Assembly: GCA_964016885.1 (NCBI GenBank)
Contig: OZ024740.1
Span: 420,050,001-420,114,000, forward strand
Source of the DNA: Eledone cirrhosa
Lineage: Eukaryota
Direction of reading: 5' to 3'
DNA: 64,000 nt
How positions within the stretch are numbered: the stretch's first letter is position 1; each line of letters begins with the position of its first letter. Position numbers and translations under genes: made by a program. Below are positions 62,941 through 64,000 of this stretch, piece after piece. The notes beneath the pieces are model-generated. The model saw only the letters and a program-made list of their open reading frames with translations, was not told the origin of the DNA and searched no databases.

Positions 62941-64000
62941 GTAAGAAATAGATTTTTAATACACTTACATTTTGTTGAACTTATTATTTATTATATTTTA
63001 CAGTCTGTATATCAAAATACTGTGGCCACTTTACATGGTGGACTGGGTGCTTTTTGTCATGATAGTAACACGATCACTTTACTGGGCGGACTAGGTGCTT
63101 TTTGTCATGTTACCATCATGACCACTTTACAGTGTAGACTGATCAAAATCATCAAATCTTTGTATGAAGTTGATTAGAAAATCATGATTGATAATATATC
63201 TATTGAAGAACCTATAATTTAAGCCTGTGTTCATTGAGACAGTCTTTTTATTTCTCTTTCTCTTATGGCAATAAAGTATAGGATAGAGTTCCTTTGAAAG
63301 TCAGAAGACTTGAATTTCATTACAGAGTTCAATCAAAGACAACATTATTTCTAGATTTTAAATGTATCCTCTTATCAAGTGAGGTGGAGCTTGTCAAATT
63401 GGATCAAGGAAACAATGTTTCTATTGGTCTTTCCATTGCTGATACTATCTACTGGTCGCAACTCCTGGTTGAAGGAGTAACATGAAATAAAGTGTTTTGC
63501 TCAAGGACATAACACATTGCCTGGCCTGGGATTCAAACTCAAAACCTCATGATTGTAAATCCAATTCTCTAACCACTAAGCTATGCTAGAGGATACATTT
63601 AAAATCTAGAAATAATGTTGTCTTTGTCTAATAACAGCTCAATATCTTTGATCAAATATTAAGTTGAAATCTTCCTGAGCCTGGAGGCTCATTAGGCTGG
63701 TGCTTATCCCGGTTTCCTCAGCATTGAGTGACAAAGGGTATAAGACTTCCTCCTGGACAGAATGCCAGTCCATTGCAGAGTTAACTCCCAGTTACTGCTA
63801 GTACTCATTTTCAGCTCAGTGTACTGGAGCAACATGAACTCAAATCCACAACATCATGATTGTAAGTCTAACACCCTAAGCACTAGGCTATGTACCTTCA
63901 TTCAAGGTAAGATACTGATAGTCAGGTCTTGCCAAAGAAACAATGTTTTCATTAGTCTTTCTATTGCTGATACTATCTGTGGGTAACAACTCCTGGCAGA

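Overview
AT-rich, repeat-saturated animal genomic DNA. The SINE and RTE-LINE repertoire points to an octopod cephalopod; this is an inference and was not verified. The window lies inside one + strand gene: six GT-AG exons (745 coding bp) splice in frame into the C-terminal winged-helix/Sec63 region of ASCC3. The introns are 2-23 kb and are filled with RTE LINE fragments, tRNA-derived SINEs, Tc1/mariner elements, Helitrons, TTAA-MITEs and large tandem arrays, several of which can be traced to short pieces of retroelements. The best finding is at 18121-19422: a 482-bp monomer carrying a complete type I hammerhead ribozyme (three copies). It is inserted in a (TA)n tract as two divergent arms, each longer than one monomer. 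This is the footprint expected from reverse transcription of a circular, self-cleaving RNA (retrozyme or non-autonomous Penelope-like element). All very long ORFs in the ORF track are repeat artefacts.
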